Positions 1-13,564 of a DNA stretch of 64,000 bases are shown piece by piece; positions within the stretch are counted from its first letter, which is position 1; each line of letters begins with the position of its first letter. The notes under the pieces are model-generated. The model saw only the letters and a program-made list of their open reading frames with translations, did not search any database and was not told where the DNA came from. The position numbers were made by a program, and so were the translations under genes. This DNA comes from Eledone cirrhosa (lineage: Eukaryota), in the NCBI GenBank assembly GCA_964016885.1, contig OZ024745.1:91326001-91390000 (forward strand), written 5' to 3'.

Positions 1-220
1 TATGTGAGTGTGTGTGTGTGTGTGTATATATAAATATGTATATCTATGTGTGTATATATATATTCGTATGTGTATATATATATATTATTTATTATTATAA
101 TATAACTTATGTGTATATGTATATATGTGAAGGTGTGTATGTGTATATATATGTATATGTATGTGTAAAAATATATATGTGTATGCGTGTTTTTGTGTGT
201 GTGTATATATATGTATATAT

Positions 221-490
221 AGGTCACCAGTTGGTGCTACTGGTAACATGTATCCCAGTACAACCTGTCTCATGGTCGGGTCGTTGGCGACTAAACTGGC
301 AACCCCACCAAGGTTTCTTGGTGAGGAGGGTGACTTTGGACATCCTGCAGGACTAAAAACAAAACCTGTCAAAGGGCAAAGGAGCTCTTAAGAGTCAATG
401 GCCATCCAAAATCACCGGGAGAGATGACCCCTTAGCCTTTGTCAAGGCAGAATTCTAGGAGAAGGAAAACTCTGATATAACACCTGCAAC
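221..490 (+). mobile_element. Probable RTE 5' UTR-derived structured element inserted in a microsatellite
   Basis: ctaggagaaggaaaactctga motif, which I recall from RTE 5' ends; several hairpins. Confidence 0.4.
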
Positions 491-829
491 CCTGATGGTA
501 TCCAATGATGTTGACTTGTTCTTCTTTTTGGTAAATATCATCTTGGTTAAGAGAGTGGGACTGGCTTTGTGCAGTGCCTTTGCTCACTATAAAAGCTTCA
601 CGGCACAGGCATTGCTTTATATCTGGAGATCTCTCTGCACTTGTCCTCACATGGTACCATGGGCCCAGCACTATGTGTCAATAATTGTCACAAGTGTAGT
701 GTTTGTACCAGAGTTTTCAAGTCGCTGGCTGGACTAAAAAGTCACACTCGTTCAGCGCTTCGGTAGGGGTTCTCCTACATGGATATAAAGTAGTGGCCGT
801 ACTCGAAAACGAGTTGGCAGCCACCATAT

Positions 830-1067
830 ATGTGTGTATGTATGTGTTTGTATGTGTGTTTATGGTTGTATGAGTGTGTGGGTATATATATAAATATATG
901 TGTATATATATATATATATATGTGTGTATATGTATCTCTATTAATGTGTGTATATATGTATATGTATATACCTTTTTCTTTGTATGTCTGAGTTGTGTGA
1001 GAGTGTAGTGGTGTTTATATGTATATACGCATATATGGATGCGTGTGTATTTGTATATATGTATGTG

Positions 1068-1100
<33 letters not shown>

Positions 1101-1588
1101 GTATATGTATCTCTATTTGTATGTGTATATGTGTATATGTATATACCTTTTTCTTTGTATGTCTGAGTTGTGTGAGAGTGTAGTGGTGTTTTGTATGTAT
1201 ATACCGATATATGGATGCGTAAGTATTTGTATATATGCGTATATATAAGTACGTATGTGTGGGTGAATATATATCTATGTATGAGTATGTATGTGTGTGT
1301 ATGTATGTGTGTATGTGTGTATGTATGTATGTATGTCTGTATGTATATGTGTGTATATATATGTATGTATGTGTATGTCTGTATGTATATAAGTATGTAT
1401 GTGTATGTATTTGTGCGTGTATGTGTATATATATGCGTGTCTATATATGTGTGTGTGTATATATGTGTGTATATATGTGTGTATATGTATATATATATAT
1501 ATGTATGTGTGTATATGTGTGTATATGTATATATGTATATGTTTATATATGTGTGTGTGTGTGTGTGTTGTATGTGTAGATGTGTGTA

Positions 1589-1640
<52 letters not shown>
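830..1640. repeat. Compound TA/TG microsatellite
   Basis: Direct inspection. Confidence 0.92.
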
Positions 1641-1642
<2 letters not shown>

Positions 1643-2250
1643 CTTGATATATTTCTTTTTTCTTTTTTCTCTTTTCTTTTCTTTTTATTTCGAAGTTTAT
1701 AGATACATCTATAAATAAGCAGTCTGCCCAAACAGTTGAATACTGACCTCTCCCCCCCTCCCACCTAATTTCTGTATCTTGATCTAAATGTGTGTGGCAG
1801 TGTTTATGTGAGTGAATTAATATCCATGTGCTTATGATAATATTATATCCACATATATATGTGTGTGGGGGTGTGTGTGTGTGTGTATGTTCGTAATTAT
1901 GTGTATGTTTATGCATATACGCGCGCGTGTGTGTGAGTGTATGGATGTGTGTGAATATGAGAATATGTGTATACACTTATTTCATATTTATGTGTCTATA
2001 CGCATTTTATCTGTGGATTATAAACTTACAGAGACATTAGCCTTAAATTTTTTGTATTTGCATACATCTTTTTGGCATGCGTATGCATGTTGAGCATATA
2101 TCTTTGTATAAATATGTGTACGGGGTTAGTTACATGTATATACACACACCAAACTGCATAAAACTTTTTGTATTTTCATTGGTCAATTTTGAACTCCGTT
2201 CCCAAACGGACCTGAAATTTTGAATCGTTGTTATTATCAATAAATATATT

Positions 2251-2403
2251 TCATTATTTCTGAAGACGGCATATATGTGTGTTTGGTATGTATATTTAAT
2301 CTTGATAGTTTGTATAATTTTGTATAATTTTGTACATAGATCTGTTGAATATGCATGCCAATTCTAACACATATATATCCTAGAAACGATCGTTAAATAA
2401 TGA
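2251..2403 (+). ncRNA. Type I hammerhead with a very long helix II
   Basis: tcattattt-CTGAAGA-(~116 nt hairpin)-GAAA-CGATCG-TT-aaataatga. Confidence 0.65.
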
Positions 2404-2598
2404 ACTTTTTTTGTTTAATATAAGGAACTGTTTCATTGTTTTATTCATTATTTGTTTAATATTTTATCTTGACTCTGTATTCCGTTTATCTTTCACCGAA
2501 AGTGATTTTTCATTACATCTCTTCTTTCCATGATATCCGGAATACATTGAGTTCTTCATACGGATTGGACACTACCGTAAACTCTTGGTAGATTTATC

Positions 2599-2637
<39 letters not shown>

Positions 2638-3633
2638 TGCTATGCATGTGACAGTGAGGACCATCTGATGTTTTTGCACCTGCAAGAATTCAAGAAGCAG
2701 AAAAAGAAAGAAAGCAACAACAGCAGGCATTTGTTTCAACAACACCACTAGCTTTATTACAGGTTGCAGCTCCAAGAATGGTTAGAAAACTCACTTCAAT
2801 CCCCAAAACTGTCAACCAAGATAGAATTGATCAGCAGAGTTGTTAAAGCATCAGATAGCAGGTCTTGTGATGTTTGTTCCAGTCCTGATTTCAAGTCCCC
2901 TCTAGGGTTGACTGCGGCTTTCATATTTTTTTTTTGGGGGGGGGGGGATAAATAAACTTTGAGTCAGTGATGTTGAATTAACGAAAGTGTTAGAATATTG
3001 GATGAAATGCTTTGCTAGCCTCCTTATGTTGGGGAATGAGTTTTCAAGATCTGGCTAATAGTGATAGACAGTATGTTAGACAGTATGACACATTGATTGG
3101 AACATCTTGGTCACATTAATAACAATGAGCTGATCTGGTACAAAGTGTGATAAACATCAGAACAAAACAAATATTATCACTGTAGTTATTTACACTTCCT
3201 ACCTCTTAAAGTAGCTTTTCAATATGTTTTTCTTTTTAAAATAATGGGGAATGATTTAAGGGATATTTAACTACTAAATCTAGCATGTTGAGTGACCCCA
3301 TCCTCTAGAGGCATACTTAAATCATTAACAACTAAGAGTAAAACTGTTCAAAGGCAAACAACTGATTATTTGACTGATTTAACCAACATTCAAAACTCCA
3401 CTGAGCTAATACAACTAAAGATAATGTTCTAAATCACAGTCTCTTAAAGATTTCATTGGTTGATTTCATAATTTCACTGAAGGCAGCAATATTTCAATGA
3501 GTCGTGTCACTATATTTATTTCTCATTAGCAAGAAGATAAATTAGCTTTTCATCAGTGACACAGCTTCCAGCATTGGCAGGATAGGCTAATATTATATAT
3601 AGAAATTTCAATAAAGATATATCCAGGTTATTA

Positions 3634-3820
3634 GTGGATTGGCTGTATCGGTAGAGGGTCGGATGCCATGCTTTCCACCATAGTTACGTCCCTTTACGAT
3701 CTGAGTTCAAATCCCGCCGAGGTTGACTTTGCCTTTCATCCTTACGGGGTCGATAAAATAAAGTACCAGTAATGCACTGGGTAATTGCTGGCCTTGTGCC
3801 TAAAGTAGAAACAGTTATTA
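3634..3820 (+). mobile_element. Second tRNA-derived SINE family (~190 bp)
   Basis: A box ggattggc..., B box gagttcaaatc, conserved gcctttcatccttacggggtcgataaaataaagtaccag, end aagtagaaaca. Confidence 0.85.
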
Positions 3821-4781
3821 ACTCTCTTACCATTCATCATATTTTTATTTTTTTAAATATTAATTCCATCAACTAGAAACATATAAACCCTGAAAGACCT
3901 TATGAGTATTGCCAACATTTCGCTAAGATCTTTGTATCAATTATATTTTGTACTAATGGGTTCTTTTTGATAATTAGAAAGGTACAGGTATGTTAAACTA
4001 AATTTCAGCAGCAAATAAACATTTAATGTACATATGCTGAAGAAGTACACATATGTGTTAGTTTGGTTGCTATAATAATTCAACTACCTTAAACTATGAT
4101 TCATTTTTATTTTCCAACTCAACAGTGTATCAGATAAGCCTTTGTTAAGAACTGTACTCCATTTATTGCTACTTTTAAGCTAGCTTGGCCAATGCTGAGT
4201 ATTTTGGTGGTGTGTGTGTGTGTGTGTATGTGTGTGTATATATCATCATCATCATCATTTAACGTCCATCTTCCATGCTAGCATGGGTAGGACAGGCTGT
4301 CCCTTTGTGAGGGATCAGGTTGGGGAGGGGGCATGATCCGCTCACACCAAACTCATTCTGGCTTGGTTTCTACAACTAGATGCCTTTCCTAATGCCAACC
4401 TCATTTACAGTGAGTGCTGGGTGCATTTTGTCATGACACCTACATTACCACTCACTATAGTTGGGCTGAGCTATTTTGTCATGGCTCCATAAATACATAT
4501 AAACGGAAAAAAATGAAACAAAATATCATTTCCACTCTTAGTACGGCTGTTACTTAAATATAAGTATGTATACGTACATACATATATGTATATAAACGTA
4601 CAGTAGTATGCATATATATATATATATACACATATACATACAAGCACACATATATACATGTACGTATGGATTCACCGAACATTTATTATAATGCTCGGTG
4701 TGTTTGTAAACGAACATCCCGTATTAAGCCGTACAGTGTCTAGCAACCATCATTGCTCATTTGTTCAACACTGACAAAGGA

Positions 4782-4824
4782 ACGCTGTACTAGTCTCAAG
4801 CTTATTAGCTATCGTCAGCAACGT
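4782..4824 (-). ncRNA. Minimal hammerhead motif with an A14G change
   Basis: acgttg-CTGACGA-tagctaataagctt-GAGA-CTAG-TA-cagcgt. Confidence 0.55.
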
Positions 4825-4964
4825 ATACCTTCCTGCCAGATGATTAAACGTCTGAAAGTATATACTTTCCTTATGCATATTAACGGCTGAGCAGCCTAAT
4901 TTGCATATCGAGTGGGTTAAACGGCCGGGTGCACCGAAAACGATAAACGGAAAAAATGAAATAC

Positions 4965-5022
4965 TTATACATACTTATATATATATACATATATACATAT
5001 ATATATATACATATATATATAC

Positions 5023-5095
<73 letters not shown>

Positions 5096-5114
5096 CATAT
5101 ATAAATATATACAC

Positions 5115-5162
<48 letters not shown>

Positions 5163-5420
5163 TTATATATATATATATGTATATGTATATATATATATAC
5201 ATATATACATATATATATGTCTATATATATACATATATATATGTCTATACATATATATGTACATATATATATATACATATATATATATACATATATATAT
5301 GTATATACATATACATATATATATATACATATATATATGTATATACATATACATATATATATACACACATATATATATATACATATATATATATATACAT
5401 ATACATATATATATACACAC

Positions 5421-5453
<33 letters not shown>

Positions 5454-5463
5454 CATATACATT

Positions 5464-5497
<34 letters not shown>

Positions 5498-5630
5498 CGT
5501 ATATATATATACATATATATATATACATATATATATATACGTATATATATATACATATATATATACATATATATATACACATATATATATATATATACAT
5601 ATATATATAGATATACATATATATATAGAT

Positions 5631-5671
<41 letters not shown>
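4965..5671. repeat. Compound (TA)n/(TACA) microsatellite; similar tracts at 6589-7111, 7822-8300, 11958-12131 and 14110-14307
   Basis: Direct inspection. Confidence 0.95.
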
Positions 5672-6588
5672 TGAAAGTACAGTAGCTAGAGTCAGAACTG
5701 GATGGGAAAAGTTCAGAGAGCTTATACCACTATTAGCCGCTAAAGGGTTCTCCCTCAAAATGAAAGGCAGGTTGTATGATGCCTGCATACGAACAGCAAT
5801 GTTGCATGGCAGTGAGACCTGGGCATTGTGTGCAGAGGACATACGCAGACTAGAGAGGAATGAAGCTTGCATGCTCCGCTGGATGTGTAATAGTAATATA
5901 CGTGAACGGCAAAGCATAAACGAACTAAGGAAAAAATTAGAAATAAGAGGGATCAGATGTTGTTTACTCGAGAGAAGGCTACGTTGGTATGGTCACGTGA
6001 TGCGCATGAAAGACGATAGCTGTATAACAAAGTGCAGGGCAATAAAGATAGACGGTAGCCACGGAATAGGCACACCTAGAAAAACCTGGGACGAGCTGAT
6101 AAATTCCGACCTCACACACTTACACCTCTCCAAGACAATGTCACTGGACCGAGACCTTTGGCGGTACTCAGTAATAGAGAAGACCCGCCTTACCTAAATA
6201 CAAAGTAAAACCTACTACAGTCAGTAGGCATCTCTAACAAAATACACCCCGTCCCACCACCACCACCCCATCCACACCGCCCCTTTCAATGTAAAGTTAT
6301 GTTGGTGCCACAACATCCAGGCCGAAACAAATGAGATCGTGTAGGTGTCACGACAAAAAAAAACACACAGTTCACGCTGTAATGTGGCCGTGTAGGCAAC
6401 ACGGTAAAAACCTCCCAGCCCCATACTGTAAATGTGGTTGGTGTTAGGAAGGGCATCCAGCTGTAGAAAACCTGCCAGATAGTCCTATGCGAGCAAGATA
6501 ATCACTCTTGCCTCAAGTGGGAAAACCCCCGTCCAAACCCATGCAAGCGTGGAACACGGACGTTAAACGTTGATGATGATGATGATGA
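5672..6588 (+). mobile_element. RTE-clade LINE 3' fragment with (GAT)n tail, inserted in a TA microsatellite
   Basis: [17 protein letters not shown]...LHGSETWAL...[11 protein letters not shown]...PRKTW; 3' UTR ends ggacgttaaacgtt(gat)n. Confidence 0.93.
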
Positions 6589-6619
6589 TATATATATATA
6601 CATATATATATAAATATAC

Positions 6620-6694
<75 letters not shown>

Positions 6695-6701
6695 CATATA
6701 C

Positions 6702-6740
<39 letters not shown>

Positions 6741-6773
6741 CATTTATATATATATATATACATATACATTTAT

Positions 6774-6855
<82 letters not shown>

Positions 6856-7267
6856 ATATATACATATATATATACATATATATATACATATATATATATA
6901 CATATATATATATACATATATACATATATATATATACATATACATATATATATATATACATATACATATACATATATACATATATATATATACATATATA
7001 CATATACATATATATATATACATATATATATATATACATATACATATATATATATATACATATATACATATACATATATATACATATATATATACATATA
7101 TATATATATACATCATCATCATCATCATCATCGTTTAACGTCCATTTTCCACGCTAGCATGGGTCTGGATGGGAATTGTCCCACTTGAGGCAAGATTGGT
7201 TGTCTTGCTCAGGACTGTCTGGCGGGTTTTCGCGCCACTTTGGAAAATTAATTGTCTAATTTTGAGA

Positions 7268-7347
7268 TAACTCCTGATGAATCCGAAGCTCTGGACATTC
7301 CCTGTTATCGGATGTCTTAAAATACGGATGAAACCATGGTAGAGGTA
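7268..7347 (+). ncRNA. Minimal type I hammerhead ribozyme (Penelope-type)
   Basis: ctc-CTGATGA-atccg...cggat-GAAA-CCATGG-TA-gag. Confidence 0.75.
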
Positions 7348-7780
7348 ATTAAAAATGTACGCATTTCTTCTATGTTTATTTTACACCTAATTGTGTTTGG
7401 TTGACTGTATATCTGGTCGATTTCTACATGCTGTCGAAATGTTCGATAAATACTCCATCGTAGCTGCCGCGAAGGGGCTGCTTTCGGTTATTTGTTGGAG
7501 ATTTCTTCATAGGAGCCTTTATTCTTATAGCTTGGTCTAATTGATTTTTTATATGGTTAATTATGCTAATTGGGCGAGGAAATGATATATATTATATCTA
7601 GTGATTCTAAAGACATGTTTTATGATATATATATATATATATATAGTAATAATAATAAATTTGAAGACTAAAATCCAAAGAGGGCTCGATAAGGATAAAT
7701 ATATATCAAATATATAAGAACTGTAGAGCAAATATATATATATATATAGAAGTGCTTACACAACAGTTAGTTCACCATAC

Positions 7781-7818
7781 CGAGAACAATTGTTTCACCT
7801 TCACGTATCTTCAGCTCG
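7781..7818 (-). ncRNA. Minimal hammerhead ribozyme motif
   Basis: cgag-CTGAAGA-tacgtgaaggt-GAAA-CAATTG-TT-ctcg. Confidence 0.6.
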
Positions 7819-7821
7819 CGA

Positions 7822-7880
<59 letters not shown>

Positions 7881-7896
7881 GTGTATATATATATAT

Positions 7897-7945
<49 letters not shown>

Positions 7946-7948
7946 CAC

Positions 7949-7981
<33 letters not shown>

Positions 7982-8010
7982 TATATATATATATACACAC
8001 ACACGCACAC

Positions 8011-8303
<293 letters not shown>

Positions 8304-10292
8304 AATTATGACTGTCTAATGACCCTGTAACCCTAAACATGAAACTTCAGAGTAACAGGACACTGATTCAACCTTAATAATACTCTGTGTGAGTCTGTTG
8401 CAGTATTTTGATAATGTTAATAAACTACAGAAAGACCTCACCGATATATACAGGTGGACTAATGAAAAAAATATGTAGTTCAATGCTAGTTTTAAGTGCT
8501 TTACTCACAGTCCATTATTACCTTTCAAGCTGTACAGTCTGAGTCACTATATGTGCACGACCAGGAAATTATTGTGATTAATAATACATCATTTCATTGT
8601 TGTATTACATAGTCGAAACCAATGTGAAGACACCTGACATAATAAATCCACCCTGAGAACATTTAGAACTTGGTGTTGTGGAAGAAACTTGTTCACTGTT
8701 GCTTAGATTACTGTTAACAAGTATAACACCCTCATAGAAATAAGCTTACTACCAAACTGGACACAATCTAATAGTGTATAATCAAGAATACAGTCTATGT
8801 TCAGGAAATGAACTATGGAGAGATAGAAAGCTTTAATATTCTACTTTCTATAACAAAGAACTGAAAAATAAACAATAATTTTCATGAGAACTTCAAAAGA
8901 GCTACCTTTGGCAATGAAATCAATGAAAATAGTAAACAAGTCTCAACAATGTAGTGCCAACATTTCTACCATTTTTGTCTTTGGTTAGGATTAGATACTA
9001 TGATAAGTAAACAGTATCTTCTGACATTGATTCAATGGAAATAACTTCATGAGTAGTCTGTATTGATAAATCATTTCTTTCAAGCATCAGTCTAAAGAGA
9101 GCAGAAGTTTGTTATCCAGGCATATTTGGCTACAAAGAACAAATAACTATACAGACAAAGGAGACAACTCTAAGATCCCCAGACTAGTCTTAATTCTTAG
9201 TTATATAGGTATTCTGCAAAACATGTATAAAAAGAAATAACTTAAGCACATCAGAGAAATATATTTTGTTTCACCACTATAAACATTGTTTTTTTTTTAA
9301 TCTACTAAACTCGAACTCTAGACCAGACAGAGCTACAAATTCCTTCTAGTGAATTAAACTCACAATTTATGCCACATAATAATAAATCAAGATGTTTTCG
9401 CTTTGCAACCCACTTAAGATTGTTGAAAAATCTGCTTGACTACAACCAACGTTAGATGACAATGAGCTAAGCTGTCTTTGCTTTGCATCCTCAAAAGATT
9501 GTATCCACATGGATTAACAGCCACTTATCTATCTGCATGCATATAAGTCATGCACAGATTTAATGATAAAGTTATTAAATATAATATATACTTAGCAGTC
9601 TCTTCACACATCGTTGCAATATCATATTGTGTGCATTTATGCTTCTCCCCATAGAATAGAAGCATCAAAACACATAAGCCATATACATCATGATCATCAT
9701 CACCATCATTAACATTCTTTTAACATCTGCTTTCTCTGTTGGCAAGGGTTGGACAGGTCTATATAGACCAAGTCAATACTGAAGCGGGGCTATTGATCTC
9801 CGAGACAAGCCACGGATCTGTGTCTCACTTATATACATCTTATATATATATATCATCATCATCATCATCGTTTAACGTCCATGTTCCACGCTTGCATGGG
9901 TTTGGACGGGAGTTTTCCCACTTGAAGCAAGAGTGGTTGTCTGGCGGGTTTTCTACAGCTGGATGCCCTTCCTAATACCAACCACATTTACAGTGTGGGA
10001 CTGGGAGGTTTTTAACGTGTTGCCTACACGACCACATTACAGCGTGGACTGTGTGTTTTTTCTATATCTATCTTACAAATATTTGTAAACATAACGTATA
10101 TTGCGAAATTTTGTGGTAAACTGAAGTAAAGATTTAAAGTATTAATGTAATGCAGTATTATTCTTAACTCTGAAGCCGAGAATCATTCGGTTTCCTAAAT
10201 ATTCATACAAAATACGCATATTTCTATGTATACAGCTATGTTAGAGCGAATGCCTTAATTATATATCCCATATATATATATATATATATATA

Positions 10293-10633
10293 TCATCATC
10301 ATCATCATCATTTTACGTCCACTTTTCCCTGCTTGCAAGGGTGGGACGGGAACTGATTCTGGCTTGATTTCTACAGCTGGATGCCCTTCCTAACACCAAC
10401 CTCATTTACAGTGAGTGCTGGGTGCTTTTTTGCCGTGGCGCCTACACGTCCACTTTACAGTGGAATGATAGGGACCTCAGTCCCTATCATCTCATTTCTA
10501 CAGCTGAGTAAACTGGAGCAACTTGAAATAAAGTGTCTTGCTCAAGGAAACAACACATCACCCGGTCTGAGAATTGAACTCACAAACTTTCGATTGCAAG
10601 GCCAATGCTCTAACCACTAACCCATGTGCCTCC
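10293..10633 (-). mobile_element. tRNA-derived CORE-type SINE with RTE-derived tail
   Basis: Pol III A box (tgggttagtgg) and B box (gagttcaattc), ccttgagcaagacactt core, RTE tail and (GAT)n. Confidence 0.85.
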
Positions 10634-10641
10634 ATTATATA

Positions 10642-10677
<36 letters not shown>

Positions 10678-11451
10678 TGTATATCCGTATGTGGTTGATG
10701 GCTGAGAGTAAAGAGTACTCAATACTGAAGTAGAGTTTTAATATTCATTTTTTAAAGACTAATAGTTTTGCCTGTTTAACACCTGTGAACCAGGCAAAAC
10801 TCCACCAGAGTTACAAGGCTCACTATTTAGCCTTAATAAAATGAATATATATGTGTGTGCATGTGTGTATGTATGTGTGGATATACACACATGCTCTCAC
10901 ACCATACACACACACACACACATACACATACATAAATATATTGTTGTTGGATCACCATTGTGTCCGGTGGCTAGTACTCCAGTTGATTCAACCAACAGAA
11001 CTGCCTGCTCATGAAGTGGCTGAGCATTCCACAGACACGTGCACCCTTAATATAGTTCTCAAGGAGATTCAGTGTGATACATGTGATAATTGTTTGTCTG
11101 AAATTTCTAGTTACATATGTGCAATGATAAAAGAAAGGAAGCACACTTCCTTTTCATCATGTGAAGCAAATGAGAATTTCCAACAGATGTTCCACACTAA
11201 AAAGTATATAAACTATATCTTAGGCTTGTCTAAGTACCTAATTAGTAGATGTCACTGATGATGAATAAAAATCCTGAAATGATAGAGTTTGGCATTCTCA
11301 AATGGCCACTGAGATAGCTGTGACATGATCACAGCTTAAAACATTCATAGTGAAACTTACATATGTTTAGTATACATAAACATATCGTATATGCCTTCAT
11401 ATAAGGCTCAGTTATGAATTATGTTATGTTAGTGGAACCCTAACACATGCA

Positions 11452-11484
<33 letters not shown>

Positions 11485-12131
11485 CTGCAAAAATAGATGC
11501 AATCGATATAAAATTCCTTTTTGGGAAGAACAAAGCTGTTGGTGTAAAAAGCAAAGAGTATTTTTGAGGTTAGCTGGTGAGGTTATAAAGATAAACATAA
11601 CTTGGCAGAACAAGTGCAAAATAAATCTATCACAAATATTTGATATATTCCTTTGGACTTTCAAGTAAAACTGCAAACTGCTATTCACCATTAATCTGTT
11701 TATTTATAGGTATTTTACAGTAGATTAGAGTATATAAAATTGTAGACACACTCTTTGATTGATAGAAAAAATGTTGTTGGTAAATTTGTTAATCTGGAAA
11801 AATAGTTCATTTCTGTCAGTTTGGGAATAGATATCTTTTGAAATTATCTGTGAATAACTTGAATAAGCTAACATATTTGGTGTCAGCTGTCTGTGAACGA
11901 TATGTATTTAATATTATTGTTATTTGAATTGTCTGTAATACAACATTAACTGTTGTTTATATATATATATATATATGCACACATATATATATATACACAC
12001 ATATATATATATACACACATATATATATATACACATACACACACACATATATATATATATACACACACACATTTATACTTTTATATGTACATATATATGT
12101 AGGCACCACATATACATATATATATATATAT

Positions 12132-12503
12132 AGAAAAAAAGATGAAATCGAAAATGCAACTGGAGTCTTATTTTTTTTAAAATATATATATTTATTTGGT
12201 TCCTTTACCGGTTTCGCAGTTCTTCTGTTTTTCAAAAGTAGAATTGAGATGGAGGGTCTGTAGTTTTTCTCACATCTGATTGGTCTTTGAATGTTACTTG
12301 TTTTATATTCGAGCCACTTTTTTCCATATAAAACAAGTAACATTCAAAGACCAACCAGATGTGAGAAAAACCACAGACCCTCCATCTCAACTCTACTTTT
12401 GAAAAGCAGAAGAACTGCGAAACCGGTAAAGGAACCAAATAAATATATATATTTTTTTTTTAAATTAGACTCCAGTTGCATTTTCGATTTCATCTTTTTT
12501 TCT
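12132..12503. repeat. Large near-perfect palindrome (~177 bp arms, ~17 nt spacer); Penelope-type inverted pseudo-LTR
   Basis: 12132-12308 is the reverse complement of 12326-12503. Confidence 0.92.
12396..12431 (+). ncRNA. Variant hammerhead (U3-A8 core) in a palindrome arm
   Basis: ctt-TTGAAAA-gcag-aagaa-ctgc-GAAA-CCGG-TA-aag; mirror copy at ~12203-12238 (-). Confidence 0.55.
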
Positions 12504-12591
12504 TTATACTTTCACTCGTGTAGGACACGTCGGTTATTTTTCATTTTGTAAAAAAACCTCACTTTCTAATATATAAATATATATATATATA

Positions 12592-13500
12592 TCATCATCA
12601 TCATCATCATCATCACCGTTTTACGTCCGTTCTTCCACGCTAGCATGGGTTAGACGGGTTGTCCTGTTGTGGGCAGTGTCTGGTCGGCTGACCATGCCTT
12701 GCTCATACAGGAACTGATTTGGCTTGATTTCTACAGCTGGATGCCCTTCCTAACACCAACCTCATTTACAGTGAGTGCTGGGTGCTTTTTCGTGGCGCCT
12801 ACACGTCCACTTTACAGTGTGGACTGGGTGCTTTTTTGCCATGGCACCTCCACGACCACCTTGCAGTGGGGGGTGTGGGGACATATTGTCTATATGCTTC
12901 AGCTTGTACCCATGGGAGGTCGGGTACTCTGAATTACTGCGTGACGCCAGAGATCACGGTCGTGTGTCAGCGCCTTTGAGAGGTGTAATTGGGTAAGGTC
13001 GGCTTTTATCACCTCATCCCAGGTCATCTTGTGTCTCCCCACTCCGCAGTTTCCATCGACTTCTAGTGCTCTGCACCTTTTTATGCAGCTGTCATCCTTC
13101 ATACGCATCACATGTCCATACCAACGCAACCGCCTCTCCTGCACACAGCATTTGATTCCTCTTATGCTCAGTCTCTCTCTTAATTCATTTATGCTTTGTC
13201 GTTCGTGTATATTACTATTACACATCCATCAGAGCATGCAGGCTTCGTTTCTCTCTAATCTACGTAAGTCTTCCACCTTCATCGCTACCATGCAACATCG
13301 CTGTTTGGATACACACATCATACAGTCTGCCTTTCATTTTGAGGGAGAAGCCTTTTGCAGCTAGCAGTGGTAATAGTTCCCTAAACTTCTTCCATCCCGT
13401 TCTTGCCCTAGTTATTGTACTTTCTGAACACCCACCTCCGCTGCTAATTCGGTCACCTAGATAGCAGAAGCTGTCTACTGTTTCTACAGAGCCCTCCCAG
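12592..13500 (-). mobile_element. RTE-clade LINE 3' fragment
   Basis: ORF 12899-13225 ([12 protein letters not shown]); FCYLGD motif near 13460; (CAT)n tail at 12592. Confidence 0.92.
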
Positions 13501-13503
13501 AGA

Positions 13504-13559
<56 letters not shown>

Positions 13560-13564
<5 letters not shown>

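Noticed and set aside
3877-3987. Open 37-codon frame ending in CAG|GTATGT
   Set aside because: Weak acceptor and no recognisable homology
9085-9320. Possible Penelope linker remnant (PRLVLILSYIG)
   Set aside because: Similarity too weak to support by eye
10540-10633. tRNA-like sequence
   Set aside because: Head of a multi-copy SINE; no complete cloverleaf
10755-10812. 10 bp hairpin gttttgcctg/caggcaaaac
   Set aside because: Ribozyme core too degenerate to call
11249-11295. atgtca-CTGATGA...GAAA...tggcat hammerhead-like string
   Set aside because: Helices II and III do not pair convincingly; at most an old relic
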